Shown: one piece after another, positions 63,783-64,000 of the stretch | Layout: every line of letters starts with the position of its first letter | Numbering within the stretch: the first letter of the stretch is position 1 | Source: a virus | Lineage: Duplodnaviria > Caudoviricetes | Reading direction: 5' to 3' (one strand) | Length of the DNA stretch: 64,000 nucleotides | IMG/VR virus record: IMGVR_UViG_3300042139_000023 | Made by a program: the position numbers and the translations under genes | Notes under the pieces: generated by a model | The model's input: the letters and a program-made list of their open reading frames with translations, nothing else | Database searches by the model: none | Told to the model about the DNA's origin: nothing

Positions 63783-64000
63783 AGCACGAAACACCGGCCC
63801 TGTGGCGCCCCGTTGAGGGGCGCCTGGTCATCAAGATGCCCTTCGCGAAGACGAATCGGGCCTGGTTCAAGAGCGTGCTCGGCAGCCGGATCCGGCCCGA
63901 CTGGAACGGTGAGACGAAGCGCTGGGAGATCGCCCGGGATCACTTCGGTCCGCTGGTGCAGGCGCTCGCGCAGCGCTACGGCAAGGTCGACGTCTACATG
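63779..64000 (+). CDS. hypothetical protein (3' partial)
   Basis: GTGA overlap; open to window end. Confidence 0.7.
   Translation, partial: MKHETPALWRPVEGRLVIKMPFAKTNRAWFKSVLGSRIRPDWNGETKRWEIARDHFGPLVQALAQRYGKVDVYM

Noticed and set aside
1-64000. Integrase, capsid, portal, terminase, rRNA, IS transposase, in-frame TTA (bldA) codons
   Set aside because: No supporting motifs seen; the TTA check was by eye and not exhaustive

Overview
High-GC actinobacterial (Streptomyces-like) mobile-element DNA, most likely part of a large phage or phage-plasmid. It is densely packed with mostly + strand, stop/start-overlapping small ORFs and has no host housekeeping genes. Phage-type genes: two paralogous tail-fibre/tailspike proteins (1011 and 2173 aa), an inverted lysis cassette (amidase-LysM endolysin, holin-like protein), an HNH gene, SNF2 and UvrD helicases, HU and a tRNA-Ile. 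Conjugative-element-type genes: an FtsK/TraB-like ATPase, a GntR-UTRA (KorSA-like) repressor divergent from membrane proteins plus SLT and NlpC/P60 hydrolases, and SpdB-like membrane proteins. The most notable locus is an RNA module at 30.6-35.3 kb. It holds one normal tRNA, two tRNA-shaped RNAs with hairpin insertions in the anticodon loop, a vWA protein, and three tandem Y-RNA-like elements (two with circularly permuted tRNA domains) with their own promoter and terminator, directly upstream of a Ro60/TROVE gene. A palindrome (GGCCTAGGCC-like) recurs in promoter regions across the window and looks like the operator of the GntR repressor. No capsid, portal, terminase, integrase or CRISPR array is visible here. 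All calls come from reading motifs by eye; no database search was run.
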